This document shows, one piece after another, positions 14,209 to 26,998 of a stretch of 64,000 nucleotides of DNA. Origin of the DNA: Octopus vulgaris (taxonomy: Eukaryota). Made by a program: the position numbers and the translations under genes. Numbering within the stretch: position 1 is the first letter of the stretch; every line of letters starts with the position of its first letter. The DNA lies in contig OX597837.1 of the NCBI GenBank assembly GCA_951406725.2, positions 19,654,001 through 19,718,000 of the forward strand, read 5' to 3'. The notes under the pieces were generated by a model. It searched no databases and was not told the origin of the DNA. It saw nothing but the letters and a program-made list of their open reading frames with translations.

Positions 14209-15517
14209 TGTATGTGTGTGTATATATACACACACATATTTACTTATATAATATATAGTCAAACGTACATATCTACATATATATTTATATTAAGAGGTAT
14301 ATACATACACACACACACACGTGCGTGCGCGCACTATGTTTATTAGCTGACGCCCCCTCATACACATTCCAGTGTAGCTGAAATTTTACTCTTCGTTCCT
14401 TTTCGTTTCTTGTTTGAAATATTCGGGCGATTATGAAAAATAGAACATAAAAATAATATTTGAAAAACTTTGATTGGTTAAAATGGAGCAAAAAGAGTTT
14501 TATTGATAACGATGTTCAAATAAATAGCAAGAAGAATGATTGCTATTTATAAGGCGTCAAGCTGGCAGATTAAATAAGTACCAGTTATGCACTGGGGTCG
14601 ATATAATCGACTTAATCCGTTTGTTTGTCCTTGTTTGTCCCCTCTGTGTGTAGCCCCTTGCGGGCAGTAAAGAAATAAGAAGAATGATTGCTAGTGAGAG
14701 ATTAGGTCACGCAACGCCATATAAATATTTATATGGAACACCGAAAACATAAAATGACCGTGTATATACAATGTTCGAGAATCTAAAAATTTTCCGAAAA
14801 GTGTGTATGTCTAATAAATCAGCGAAAGGGAATTATAAGTTTACAAATTTCCAAACATAGACAGGAAAAGATCCATGATATTCTAATTGTTTCTGAATTT
14901 ATTTATTTTGTGTTAAATAAGGAATTGGTGGTATGCCTACAATTGTCCAGCACTTCAGCTCTTTCATTTGACCCACGAATGACTTGAAATATGGCAAATT
15001 TAAAATAAGGTTTAATTCACATCGCATAGTTGAGAGAAGGCGGGCATGTGCATAGAGAGGTGTGTGTTCAAGGAAAGACCATTCCATTTAAAATTCTGAT
15101 GGATCTCTTTTTCTCTCACTTTTCTATTTTTTGCTTTACGAAAAAAATTTGTCTTGAAAAGGTCGTTAAAATTTTTTCTTCAGGTACTTCAGTAAATGTA
15201 TATGTTGAAGTAAACGATACTTGAAACAATCCATGGCTGGTTTGAATTAAACCAGTGGCATATTGTTATTGTCTAATTGTACGCATGCACTATATATAAA
15301 GGCTTTCGTAAGGCAATTAGTTTTAAGACGATAATTAATTGAGGCAATTTAATTACCGATACAAGAGTGTGTTATTGTTATTAGAAAAGTATTCAGAGTT
15401 GAAGTGGTATTGCAGCTTTCGTTTGAAATTGAGAGCATTTTCCTTTTATCTTTTATTTGTTTCAGGCATTGGACAAAAGTTAAACGACAGCCCATAAAAG
15501 GATATCGTCCCGGCGAG

Positions 15518-15665
15518 ATAAACTATAGCCAGAAAAAAATATCAACTCAACTGAATAAACTATAGCTAGAGAAAGGTTTCAACTCAACTAGATAAATTAC
15601 AGCCAGAAAAAAAGATGTCAACTCGACTGGATAAACTACAGCCAGAAGAAAAATAAGATATCAAG
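15518..15665. repeat. ~37-bp minisatellite, about 4 copies
   Basis: Repeated ataaactatagccagaaaaaa...tcaactcaactg unit. Confidence 0.75.
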
Positions 15666-15849
15666 CTTAGTTTAAGTTTTTTTACCTTGTCATGGAAAGT
15701 CTCGAATCCAAACAATAAACATATTTAGCAAGGTGTGCAGTTTGGGGTAAATAAGTGCGAAGTGTTAACTAGGGGGAAAAAAACGAAAGATTAATTCTGA
15801 GAGTATAAAAATTACCACAAGACAGTATCATTAGATCGCTGAGAAGTAA

Positions 15850-16520
15850 CGAAGGAGTCAGTTACCCAGGGATGCTGCAGGACGATAGCGTGATGGAAAG
15901 AGAAGTAAGGGAGAAAGTATCCAAAGAGTACAAGAGAAGGATTAGGAAGGTGCTTGAAATATAACTAACTGGAAGGAGTATTGTAAAAGCATTATATGCA
16001 TAGACCGTGCAAATATTAAGTTACTCTGTTAAGAGTATCCTAATACTTGCATCCTAATACATACAAGAGTATCCTAATACTTGTATCCTAATACATACAA
16101 GAGCGCTACAAGAACTAGGAAGCTGTTCACAATGCACAGCTCATATCACTCGAAAAGTAATATCGACAGAATCTACCAACAGATTCTACCGACAACGAAA
16201 AGACTGAATCTGAGGATTGCTAAATGTAGAAGGCATCGTTAGTACTGCGATATTAGGTTTGAAATGTTATATTGTCCTTACTTAAGAAAAAAATACTATG
16301 GGTTGTTAGAAATATCCAAAAGTTACAAGAAGAATTCAAGGACTGGAAGAGCGACAACAGGACAACTGAAAAAGAAGGAATTGCAAGGACAATTCTTGCA
16401 ACAAACTAAGGATGTTGGAAGTAAAGAACGTTGGTGGCGATCAACTGATGGAAAGCCAAAAGAAGTAACGCAATCATAAATAATAGACGCTCAGGAACAA
16501 GCCATAAGAAGGAACTATTT
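15850..16520 (+). pseudogene. Decayed R4/Dong-type RT thumb and linker fragment
   Basis: KVSKEYKRRIRKVL, TRKLFTMH..HSKSNIDRIY, RGLLNVE, KELQGQFL, IIDAQEQAI, broken by stops and frameshifts. Confidence 0.75.
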
Positions 16521-16710
16521 TAATTGTTGGCACTAAACCAGCACTTTTGAGGGGAGGGAGAAAGTCAATTATGTGGATCCTGGTGTTTGACTGGTATTTC
16601 GTTTTGTCCACTTCGAAAGGATGAAAGGCAGGGTTTCATCTCAAAATGTAAAGGGCTTGAAGAAATGTCGCTAAACATTTTGCCGCTAAAGATTCAGCCA
16701 GCCCGCCGTC

Positions 16711-16751
<41 letters not shown>

Positions 16752-16752
16752 C

Positions 16753-17288
16753 CTATGGAATAACAACAGAAAAAAGATGGTATAGGCACACACCAGAAAA
16801 GGTCACAGAAAACGAGAAAGCAACCATACTCTGGGATATGCCGATACACACAGATAGAGAAATTAAGGCCAACAGACCAGATATTGTTGTCAGAGACAAT
16901 GAAGAAAAAAAATGCTTTCTAATTGATGTATCAATACCGGTAGATGACAACGTGTCTCTAAAAGAAATGGAGAAACTTTCAAAATACAAAGACCTGGAAA
17001 TAGAGGTAACCAGAATGTGGAATCTGAAAACAGAAACAATTCCTATCATAGTAGGTGCATTAGGAATGATAAAAAAATATTCAGACAAATACATAACAAA
17101 AACACCAGGACTTACAAACACATATAACATACAGAAAATTGCACTACTAGGCACTGCACACATCCTACGCAGAACATTTTCCATACAATAACCATCAGAG
17201 CATCACAACATATCACAGCACATACCTAAGGCACACAGAGCTGTGCTCGGTAGTGAAGTGAAAGCACGCTATAAAAATAAAACTACTG
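16753..17288 (+). mobile_element. 5'-truncated R4/Dong-type retrotransposon (RLE domain plus 3' UTR) inside a (TAA)n tract
   Basis: Uninterrupted frame ILWDMPIHTDREIKANRPDIVV...LIDVSIP...EKLSKYKDL...IPIIVGALG...IQKIALLGTAHILRR. (TAA)n on both flanks (16712-16751, 17289-17323). Confidence 0.92.
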
Positions 17289-18014
17289 AATAATAATAAT
17301 ATAATAATAATAATAATAATAATAGCAGCCACAAAAAATCTCTCCCATAAATGACAATAGATAAAGAACAGCAAGGAGAGTTTTGAATTGAAAGTCGTAG
17401 ACAATCTTTTCCTCTAATAGTCTAGAAATTTTCGTTTCCTGCATATCTACAATCGTTTTTCAATGTAACTTGGTACATGTATAAAAGAAACGTCAGAATA
17501 TTCTAGAAAGGTTAAAAGTGGATTTCAGGTGTGATGTAATAACTGGATTTATGGCAACGGATACAGCAATGGAAATTGGTTAAGAGGAAGTCTTCAGGAA
17601 TTCTGTTAGTTCATTGTTATACGATGTCTGCTGCTTTTTCAAAATGGAGTCCTTTAGCTTTGTTTCTCTCCCATTTCACTCTCTGTAACATACATACATA
17701 CATTCATACATGCATACATACGAGCGTACATACATGCATGCATACATTCATATATATATATATATGTGCATACACCCACACGAGTGCTCAACACCGCATT
17801 GGGGGAGAGAATTTCGTTATTTATGTATTACCATTGGCTTCATGTTAAAAGAAATATCTTAATATCTTAATTTGTCAAGCCGATCACATAGAGGAATACT
17901 GTTCGTCTCCATTTTGGATAAAACACAAAGTATCGTGAATTCGCAGAAATTCTCATATATATATATATATATATACGCACATATCTACACATATATATAA
18001 TATATATATACATA

Positions 18015-18415
18015 GGCACAGGAGTGGCTGTATGCTACGAAGCTTTCCTCTCAAACACATGTTTCCGGGTTCAATCTCACTGCGTGGCACCTTGGGCAAG
18101 TGTCTTCTGCTATAGCCCCGGGCCGACCAATGCATGTGAGTGGACTTGGTAGACGGAAACTGAAAGAAGCCTGTCGTATATATGTATATATATATGTGTA
18201 TGTGTGTGTGTCTGTGTTTATCCCCCGAGCATTGCTTGACAACCGATGCTGGTGTGTTTACGTCCCCGCCACTTAGCGGTTCGGCAAAAGAGACCGATAG
18301 AATAAGTACTGGGCTTACAAAGAATAAGTCTCGGGGTCGATTTGCTCGACTAAAGGTGGTGCTCCAGCATGGCCGCAGTCAACTGACTGAAACAAGTAAA
18401 AGAGTAAAAGAGAGA
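18015..18415 (+). mobile_element. Near full-length S2 SINE (tRNA-like head, CORE-like accttgggcaagt)
   Basis: Head gggttcaatctc, CORE-like segment, internal microsatellite and 3' ccagcatggccgcagtc...gaaacaagtaaaagagt. Further copies near 19070, 35235-35720, 37180, 42670-42920 and 48300-49200. Confidence 0.8.
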
Positions 18416-18439
18416 GTATATATGCTTACATACATACGC

Positions 18440-19047
18440 TAAAGCCACTCATGATAAAAAGGATTACTGGTGAAATGTCCCGGTGCAAACTTCAATAAAA
18501 TGTAAACATAATAGACCTGATATAATTATTTGGGATAGAGAAGAGAAGCTTTGTACAGTTGTGGAAATCAGTTGCCCAGTGGATGTTAACATAAAACTGA
18601 AGATCAGTTAAAAAGAGAATACCTATGCTGAACTATTGAGAAATCTGCAGATTACAAGTTCCGGTTTATACCTGGGATATGTAACACACTGCTTAAATAA
18701 CGATCTTCAGAAATTAAGCTTCTCAAAACCAGAAAGAAGAAAGCTGATTCGAAGACTACAGTTCCAAACAATCACTAAAACTGTAAATGTCTATAAAACT
18801 TTTCAGAATATTATCATTTAAGTATATATGAGCATGTTTAGTTATGCAAGTATATGCATGAGAAGATATCCCATAGAACAAAACATACAAATCTGCACAC
18901 ATACATACATACATACATACATACATACATACATACATACTTACAAAAATACCCTGTTGATATTGTTGAAACTCCAATGAAGGTGCGTTGGATGTAGGTT
19001 AGAAACCGGTTCTTTAGCAAGAAATGTTGAAATAAAACTGAATAATT
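18440..19047 (+). mobile_element. RLE retrotransposon 3' fragment associated with (TACA)n
   Basis: KCKHNRPDIIIWDREEKLCTVVEISCPVDVNIKLKIS*KENTYAELLRNLQ (PD..E-x-S-C-P RLE). The 3' UTR ends in aaactgaataat followed by (TACA)n. Confidence 0.85.
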
Positions 19048-19262
19048 TACATACATACATATATATTAATTTTTTTGTTTCAGTCATTTGACTGCAGCCA
19101 TTATTGAGCAATTTCTTAAGGGATTTTAGTCGAACAAATCGGCCCAAGCCTCGTAGTTATTCCATCGATCATTTATGCCGGACCGCTAAGTTACTGGAAT
19201 ATAAACATACCAACGGCGTTTGTCAAGCGATGGTATGGAGGGACAAACACAGACACAAGCAA

Positions 19263-19326
<64 letters not shown>

Positions 19327-19423
19327 TATATATATATATATATTGTCACGTATATATATATATATATATTACATTACTTCTGGGTATCCTTGTTGCTTAT
19401 TTTGATTATATTTATGTACATAC

Positions 19424-19480
<57 letters not shown>

Positions 19481-19486
<6 letters not shown>

Positions 19487-19656
19487 TAATCCAAACAAGA
19501 AAACACAGAAAAAAAGAGAAAAAAAACACACCAACGCAGGACGTGGAACAATTAAAGTATTATTGACGCTCAGGAAAGAAGGGAAGGGTTTAACGTTTCG
19601 AGCGGAGCTCTTCGTCGGAAACAAGGAGAAAGAAAGATCCCAAGAAGGGAAGACAG

Positions 19657-19660
<4 letters not shown>
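19481..19660 (-). mobile_element. Small Penelope-derived unit with a minimal hammerhead variant
   Basis: Minus strand reads gttt-CCGACGA-a-gagc-tcc-gctc-GAAA-cGTT-aaac. Abuts (TA)n; related to 28590-28820. Confidence 0.6.
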
Positions 19661-19725
<65 letters not shown>

Positions 19726-19989
19726 TGTGTATTGGTAAAAACGGTAAGATAACAAAAGAAAGAAAGAGACCTGGATATTATGTAAATAGAGGAATTTATC
19801 TGTAAATATAATATGTGACAATTATTCGGTAGCCAAGATAAAACTCTGAGTTTCGGATGCCGATGCGAAGCAAGTAAATTTACAGGATATTTGATAAAAA
19901 TATAATGCAAACATTTTTGAGAAGAACAGTAATTAGGTGTCGCTATAAAGAAAAGAAAAGCATTATAAACTATTTAAAAAAAAAAAAAG

Positions 19990-21075
19990 GTTGTATTAGT
20001 AGGTTCAATGAAGTCGCTCGGAGGTGGCGACCGGGCGACTTCATTTCATCTTTCATTATATAATTTCATTCATTCCATTCGTTTCTTTTTTGGTCCCCGC
20101 CTTGTGCTGTCCCCTCTGTGTAAGTCCTTTATGGCCAATTTTCATGAAATGAAGAAGCTTGCTCCCCAACTACATGGTGTAGCACCAACCACTTTTTCCT
20201 CCTGTCTCTTCTTGTTCTTTTCTAGTGTTGGAGGACACTCCGCTCTAATGTGGCCTTTCAGACCACATTTAAAACATCGCGAAATCTTCCCTTCCACTCT
20301 GACCTATAAAATCGTCTCTCCCACTGTGATAATTTCGACCATTTTTTCGATGTCGTCCTCTGCGATTTGTACCACCATGTCAAGGGTTTGTCCCTTCCAG
20401 TTCCTATGAGGTGTTCTGGTGGCCTGTAGGACCACCATCTTCTCTTCCATTCCAAGTTTCCAAGTATTATAGCAACCACCAGCCAGGCTACATCCACCTC
20501 TGGGGGTATTTCCTCCACCCTAAACCTGGAAGCACGTCTCCCAAGGTATAGGTGCAGAAGAATTACCTCATTCGTTTTCAGTGGTGTTGCTGAGTGCAGC
20601 CTGTCGGTAGCTACCTTTTCGAACTGCACCTCTATCGTTCCAAATTTTTTACATCTGGCAAGGTACGAAATCCTTTGCCAGACTGGTCTAAACGCTTTTT
20701 CTATCTGTACCACGAACACGTTTTCAATTTTTCCAGCTACCACCGAGTACGTCCAATAAACTAGCGTTTTTTCTGCCGTTTTCTTTTAGACTTTTTCGGT
20801 GGGGAGCACTTCACTTCGTTCCCCTCCCTTTTCAGCATTCCCTTATACTTGCTTACATCTTCTAGACTTATGTCTTCGTACTTTTCTTCCATCACTGTAG
20901 CATAACTTCTATTTTCCATAGCTTTGTCTATTCCTTTGAGGCACTCTACCATTTCTTTCTCAGACGACACATAGTCCGAGGGAAGGCAGGTTTCAACGTT
21001 TAACACAGAACACCTTAAACTTTCGCAACTCCTCACTCGACGCCCTTCTATCACACAAGAAGTAAAACGTCGTAC
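19990..21075 (-). pseudogene. gag/ORF1-like gene relic with an intact CCHC zinc knuckle
   Basis: Minus strand ~20235-20280 encodes RCFKCGLKGHIRAECP. Upstream are MENRSYATV and ISYLARCKKFGTIEVQF..YLGRRASRFRVEEIPPEV. Frameshifted. Confidence 0.75.
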
Positions 21076-21219
21076 AGCTACAAAAAAAAAAAAACGCGTC
21101 TATATCACACAAATCCAACAAAACAAATGAATCACGGTAAACCGGAAGCAGCAAGCTTCTTACCACACAATCACGGCTGTGCCTATATATATATATATAT
21201 ACATACATATATATAAATA

Positions 21220-21995
21220 AAAAATAAGGGTGAAAAAATTGGATATTAATTTAATAACATCAATTTAACACCAAGTGTTTTACCGCATAAAAACTGGGAT
21301 TCAGTAAATATTGATACACAAATATAAGAGAAAATCCACTATGTGGACGTTCTTGCACTAAAAATAGATCCGCAATGGTCTCAACCACCAAGAATTGTTC
21401 TCAAGGAAAATTAGCAGAACTATGAACGTAAGCGAGCAGGACAAATTTTTAGCGCAAGCGCGTCCACATAGTGGATTCTCTCTTATATTTGTGTATTGAT
21501 ATTTATTGAATCCCAGTTTTTATGCGCTAAACCACTTGGTGTTAAATTGATGTTATTAAATTAATATCCAATTTTTTCACTCTTATTTTTGATTTTAATT
21601 ATACTGCAGTAAATTATTTATGCAGTATGTTTCCGTGAATTTTGGCGCGCTATAACGAGAGTATTTGAAGCATAACTGCGAATATAATAGGCTGAACTAC
21701 TCGTGTGTTTGACTTTGTGTTAAAATCTGGCGTGCAGTTCAGCAAATTACATTCATGACGAATCCTACTGATGAGCTGTGGATTTATTGTGTAAGTAAAA
21801 TTGCATAATCTATTAACAGTGAAACAATTGTCTAGGGTTAATCTACATTTTTGTTATTTTTCATTTGTCCTGCTCGCTTACGTTCATAGTTGTGCTAATT
21901 TTCCTTAAGAACAATTCTTGGTGGTTGAGACCATTGCGTATCTAGTTTTATCGCAAGAGCGTCCACATAGTGGATTCTCTCTTATATTTGTGTAT
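21220..21995 (+). mobile_element. Non-coding retrozyme-like/Penelope-derived unit: 499-nt period partial tandem with an inverted 5' segment
   Basis: gtccacatagtggattctctcttatatttgtgtat occurs at 21462 and 21961. 21220-21446 is the reverse complement of sequence spanning that repeat junction. (TA)n on both flanks. Confidence 0.8.
21761..21839 (+). ncRNA. Type I hammerhead ribozyme, canonical core
   Basis: aatccta-CTGATGA-gctgt...acagt-GAAA-caattGTC-tagggtt: 7-bp stem I, palindromic acaattgt stem III, predicted cleavage after 21832. Confidence 0.85.
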
Positions 21996-22019
21996 ACATA
22001 TATATATATATATATATAT

Positions 22020-22486
22020 ATATTGTTATATTTCGGAATGGTCATATTGCCAGTTTAGCCAATAAAAACACACGCACTATATATTTGGTGTTATTTTGCT
22101 TCAGTGATATTTATTTTTTACATTAATCTTAATCTTATTTCGGCCAAAGTTCTTTCGTCACACTCCTGTGACCGCATCAGTGGTCCTTTGTTTTCTTCTC
22201 ACTTACTTGTGTCTCTCCTTACTAACCGTCAGCCATTTTGTATTTCTATTGTATACAATAGAAATACAAAATGGCTGACGGTTAGTAAGGAGAGACACAA
22301 GTAAGTGAGAAGAAAACAAAGGACCACTGATGCGGTCACAGGAGTGTGACGAAAGAACTTTGGCCGAAATAAGATTAAGATTAATGTAAAAAATAAATAT
22401 CACTGAAGCAAAATAACACCAAATATATAGTGCGTGTGTTTTATTGGCTAAACTGGCAATATGACCATTCCGAAATATAACAATAT
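22020..22486. repeat. Near-perfect spacerless palindrome (~233 bp arms) with a hammerhead-like motif in each arm
   Basis: Centre gta|tac at 22253/22254; one indel seen between the arms. 22321-22365 reads cca-CTGATGC-g-gtcaca-ggag-tgtgac-GAAA-gaactt-tgg. Confidence 0.9.
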
Positions 22487-22539
22487 CTGTTTCAACACAC
22501 GACTTCACATAAAAAATCTTGCACAACAAATATTTAAAC

Positions 22540-22624
<85 letters not shown>

Positions 22625-22680
22625 TGTGTGTGAGTGTGTATGTATGTATATATATATATGAAACAATCCTGTCACAACCT

Positions 22681-22724
22681 GGGACCTTGAAGACTGCTTT
22701 AATGCAAGAAAGTATACTAGTCCC
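22681..22724 (+). ncRNA. Minimal type I hammerhead motif in a Penelope-type 3' fragment (22660-22890)
   Basis: gggac-cTTGAAGA-c-tgc-tttaat-gca-a-GAAA-gtataCTA-gtccc. The fragment ends in gttggaattcctt before (TA)n, like the GIY-YIG element at 10913-10925. Confidence 0.7.
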
Positions 22725-24033
22725 TTAATATTTCATATTCAATATTTCATCTATTCAATAAGACAATCAATACTTCATTTCATTTAACATTATATATACT
22801 ATATATACTATATATTCTATATTCTACATTAATATTATAAAGAATATAAATAAAACATAAAAAAAACAGAGTTGGAATTCCTTTGAATAATATATAGATA
22901 TATATATATGTGTGTGTGTGTGTGCGCGCGCGCGCGGTGTGTATGTATATATATAGTTTCTTTTCTGTTACTGGTTTAAGCCAGAGGCAGGGGCCATGCT
23001 GGAACACCACCTTCCAGTCTGTTTGGGTTTCTTTTCTGTGTTTGGCGAAGTAGCGAGTTGGTCGGAGATAGTCGTCTTTGTGCCTCCTGCTGGTATTTCG
23101 TAAAAAGGTTGTAATTAAAACGCCTCGTAGCATCTTAATAGCACAGCCGCTGCTTTTGCTCTTCCCTGTCATTATTGCTCTTACCATTCTTTAGAGATCG
23201 ATAACGTAAAATACTGACCAAGTACTGGAAACAGTAATATTCCAAATAAAACATCTTAGGTGAGAATAGAATCAGAAACGAAAACAAGACAAAAACAAGG
23301 GGAAAAATCGTAAAGAAAAAGGCAAATAATGTTAAATGGACAGATGGATAATAAACATCGGTTTGACTAAAGGTTGGTAATGGTGTAGAAATCATTTATT
23401 CATTGTCACGTTTAACAATGGTGACGGTTGATTTTACACGCATCCGCATGCATCTACACGCATTTACATACATCCTATAATTTACGCAGCAACGGGGGGA
23501 AAACATATAAGCAAAAAATACACGTGTGTACGTTTCTACGCTTGTGTACATGTGTATCTTCAAGGGCACGCAGTCGAGTAAACGGATATATGTGTACGTT
23601 TGTGTGCGGTGGGGGGGGGGGGCATGGGCGGAATGGCTGGTGTTTGTGCAATGGCTGTATTTATAGAAAACAGGTAAAAATACATATTACTCTATTCTAA
23701 TTTTAGCAATTCGTGGTTGGTCTCTGATTCTGTATGTGTGGGTGTCACTACACACATATACACTCGATACAAACCAAAATGCATAGACATACGCACATAT
23801 ATATACCAACATACACGTACACACACCTACATACACAGAGACATATATTTATATATATTTATATACATTTAAATAGATAAATATTGATAGATATAACTCG
23901 TAGCTTACAGCTGTATCTCATTTGCGGATTTTTCTTACGTTCCCGTATTATGTTTGTGACGTTGTTTTAACCGAAAGCTGTTATTTATAATTGTGTCTTT
24001 GTCCTCTATTGTTCTGCATTCATATATATATAT

Positions 24034-24109
<76 letters not shown>

Positions 24110-24110
24110 C

Positions 24111-24147
<37 letters not shown>

Positions 24148-24218
24148 ATACATATATATTATAGATATATACATATATATATAGATAGATGTACATCTAT
24201 ATATAAAACTATCAATCC

Positions 24219-24276
<58 letters not shown>

Positions 24277-24278
24277 CA

Positions 24279-24309
<31 letters not shown>

Positions 24310-24722
24310 ATGTATGTATGTACACGCATACATACGGTGCTTATAAACGAATAAGAGTGTGCGCGTAAAATTATGTACGGATGTACATACTTAGACAAAC
24401 CTTCTTCTTGTATCGCTAAAAGCTATTGTTGTTTATTAACTATCACTGATTGAATTTCAGCGATAGTTAATAAATAAATAAATTTGATATTACCTAATTA
24501 CTTGATTATACTGCCTTTAAAACAATAATCATTTTCACACACAGTCTCATATATACATACATGCATACATACATACATATATATATATGCTCAAAATATT
24601 TACGCCGACATAAGATGGCTTTGAAAGTTTACCCGCATAGTGACAAGAAGGTGTGGCAGACAAGTTTTTCATAACTTCGCAGCTGAACCGCATCATAAAT
24701 TTTCTCCAATTAAGACATAGCA

Positions 24723-24766
24723 GTGATGATAATCATCATCATCATCACCACCACCACCACCACCGC

Positions 24767-24809
<43 letters not shown>

Positions 24810-24848
24810 GTCATCGTACTCGTCATCATCATCATCATCATCATCACC

Positions 24849-24903
<55 letters not shown>

Positions 24904-24917
24904 CCACCACCACCACC

Positions 24918-24971
<54 letters not shown>

Positions 24972-24984
24972 GTACACGTCGTCG

Positions 24985-25017
<33 letters not shown>

Positions 25018-25028
25018 CCACCACCACC

Positions 25029-25062
<34 letters not shown>

Positions 25063-25072
25063 TCATCATTAT
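24723..25072. repeat. Compound (CAT)n/(CAC)n microsatellite
   Basis: Directly visible. Confidence 0.95.
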
Positions 25073-25597
25073 TGATTTTGTTGTTCCTCGCAAAAACCGA
25101 ATCTCAGTGAGGTTGTGTCATTTAGACAGTTGCTTTTATTGATATGTTGTTCTCGCTTGTTTATTAAGTCGACCGGAATTACATGGAACTGGTCGACTTG
25201 TTTTGCCAGTGAGATAGGAAAGTGGCGGGGGTGGTTTCAGGGGGTATATCAGTCGGTGACAGTCAGCACCTCAAGCCACACTATTACGCAGGCGCAGTTG
25301 TAACTAACAACTGTAGCAGAAGAATCACTGGCAGTAACAATAACAACAACAGTAACAGGAGCAACAGCATCTCACACAGACTTCCATACATTCACCAGGG
25401 GGAGAGAAGAATCCATTCCACTGCCACTACTACTGTAGCAACAAACTATAGAAGCAGTAATAAAACCGCCACCTCCACCACTTTACCAGTATTAAGCTAC
25501 AGCAGAAGCAACAATAACAGAAGAAACAATAGCTGCAGGAGCAATGAAAATCCAGAAGTGATTCTTTGCGGGTTTCTACAGCTCAATCCCACAGCAC

Positions 25598-25790
25598 CAG
25601 TGTTTCTCAACCATTTTTTTTACCTATGAACCTCTCTGATTACAGGTGTAAACACTCGAATTATATTTTTACGATTAAATATTATTTGGAATTGTATGTA
25701 AAAAAACTGTTAAAATATTTTGTGTATTGTCGAAGTATAACCAGTTTATTGTAAATAAATTTTCACATGGACCCCGGTTGCAAACCACTG
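25598..25790. mobile_element. hAT (Charlie-like) MITE
   Basis: TIRs cagtgtttctcaacc / ggttgcaaaccactg. Flanks cacagcac and cactagac are a possible decayed 8-bp TSD. Confidence 0.75.
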
Positions 25791-25849
25791 CACTAGACCA
25801 AAAAAAAAAATGACCTGGAAGGGTGAGAACAACAGTTAAGAAACTAGAA

Positions 25850-26740
25850 CAATGAAAAGTTATACTCAGAATACTGCAATATCTTTTTTTTTTTTAGTAA
25901 GACAAATCAGAAAACGATTCTATATTGCTGCATATCGTTGCAGAGACACAGGCTTGAGCGAATATCTTCAGACGAAACCATATTCTGTTTGAAAAGCTGA
26001 TGAGGAAAGATTATTTTCTTTTTATATGTGCCAACCATTTCCGACTACATTTGCATTTTTTCTTTCTTACACAGAATCATTGTCCCACAGAAAGTTCAAG
26101 ATTTTACACTGAAGCCATGTAATCCAATTAAAAATTTCGAACTAGACTTTTAGGATTGGTCAAACGTGTGGTTTTGGTGGAACCTACCCCCTTTTTAGAG
26201 ATAAAACGATTGCGAAAGCAAAACTGGGTCAGAATAAGGTCGGAGATTCTAATTCAGATGAAACCTGAAATACTGGACGGGATCCTCGCTCTAAGTGATA
26301 TCCCACGATCTAAAACTGTAGGTGATAGTGGTGGGTAGAAGACTTGGATGCTATAACTGTGGAAACACAGATCACCTCAAGGTTTTCTGCTCCTAACAAC
26401 AGCGACAACAACTACATCATCATCATCATCATCATCATCACAACAACAACAACAACAACAGCAGCAGCAATAACAACCACAACAACAGAACACGGCAGTC
26501 GATGCCAACACCAAAGATCAACAGCAACAGTGCCAGTAACCACAGGGCAAACAGAAATAGCAACTACAACAGCATGCAACCGCAGCAATAGAAACGTGCA
26601 GCAGTCACTACAAGACTGGAAAATTGAACCTACAACAACCTCAGTAACAACACTAATAGTGGAAGGTATAAAACAACAAAAGAAATGCCGCCTTAAAGTG
26701 TCACCACCGCATCGCAAACAGCAACAACAACGATAACAAC
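25850..26740 (+). pseudogene. Third gag/ORF1-like relic with a CCHC knuckle and low-complexity tail
   Basis: 26322-26390 translates VIVVGRRLGCYNCGNTDHLKVFC, a frame absent from the ORF track. A T/A/Q-rich tract follows. Confidence 0.7.
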
Positions 26741-26869
26741 AGCAATACACAAATCCGAAACTATCAACAAAAATATCAACAGCAGAGCAAAACGAGGGAC
26801 CGCTCCCAAGGCAGTCGCCTCTCGTCTTGTGTAGGGAAGGAGATGGTGAAAGACCTTAAACAACAGACA

Positions 26870-26998
26870 GTTACAAAATTCAAAGCCACATGGACGCACA
26901 GGGGCCATTGAAATCGAGGACTTGTAAACTGGAGCATTGTGCTGATGAAACAGGACCCCTTGGTCAGTTTTCCTGGGCGTTTGGTCATGATAGTCTTT
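26870..26998 (-). pseudogene. mariner transposase fragment
   Basis: TKRPGKLTK / GVLFHQHNAPVYKSSISMAPVRPCGFEF matches the mariner LFHQDNAPxH region. Confidence 0.75.

Noticed and set aside
25997-26020. CTGATGAggaaag as a hammerhead core
   Set aside because: No stem II or stem I pairing; a chance match within the gag-like relic.
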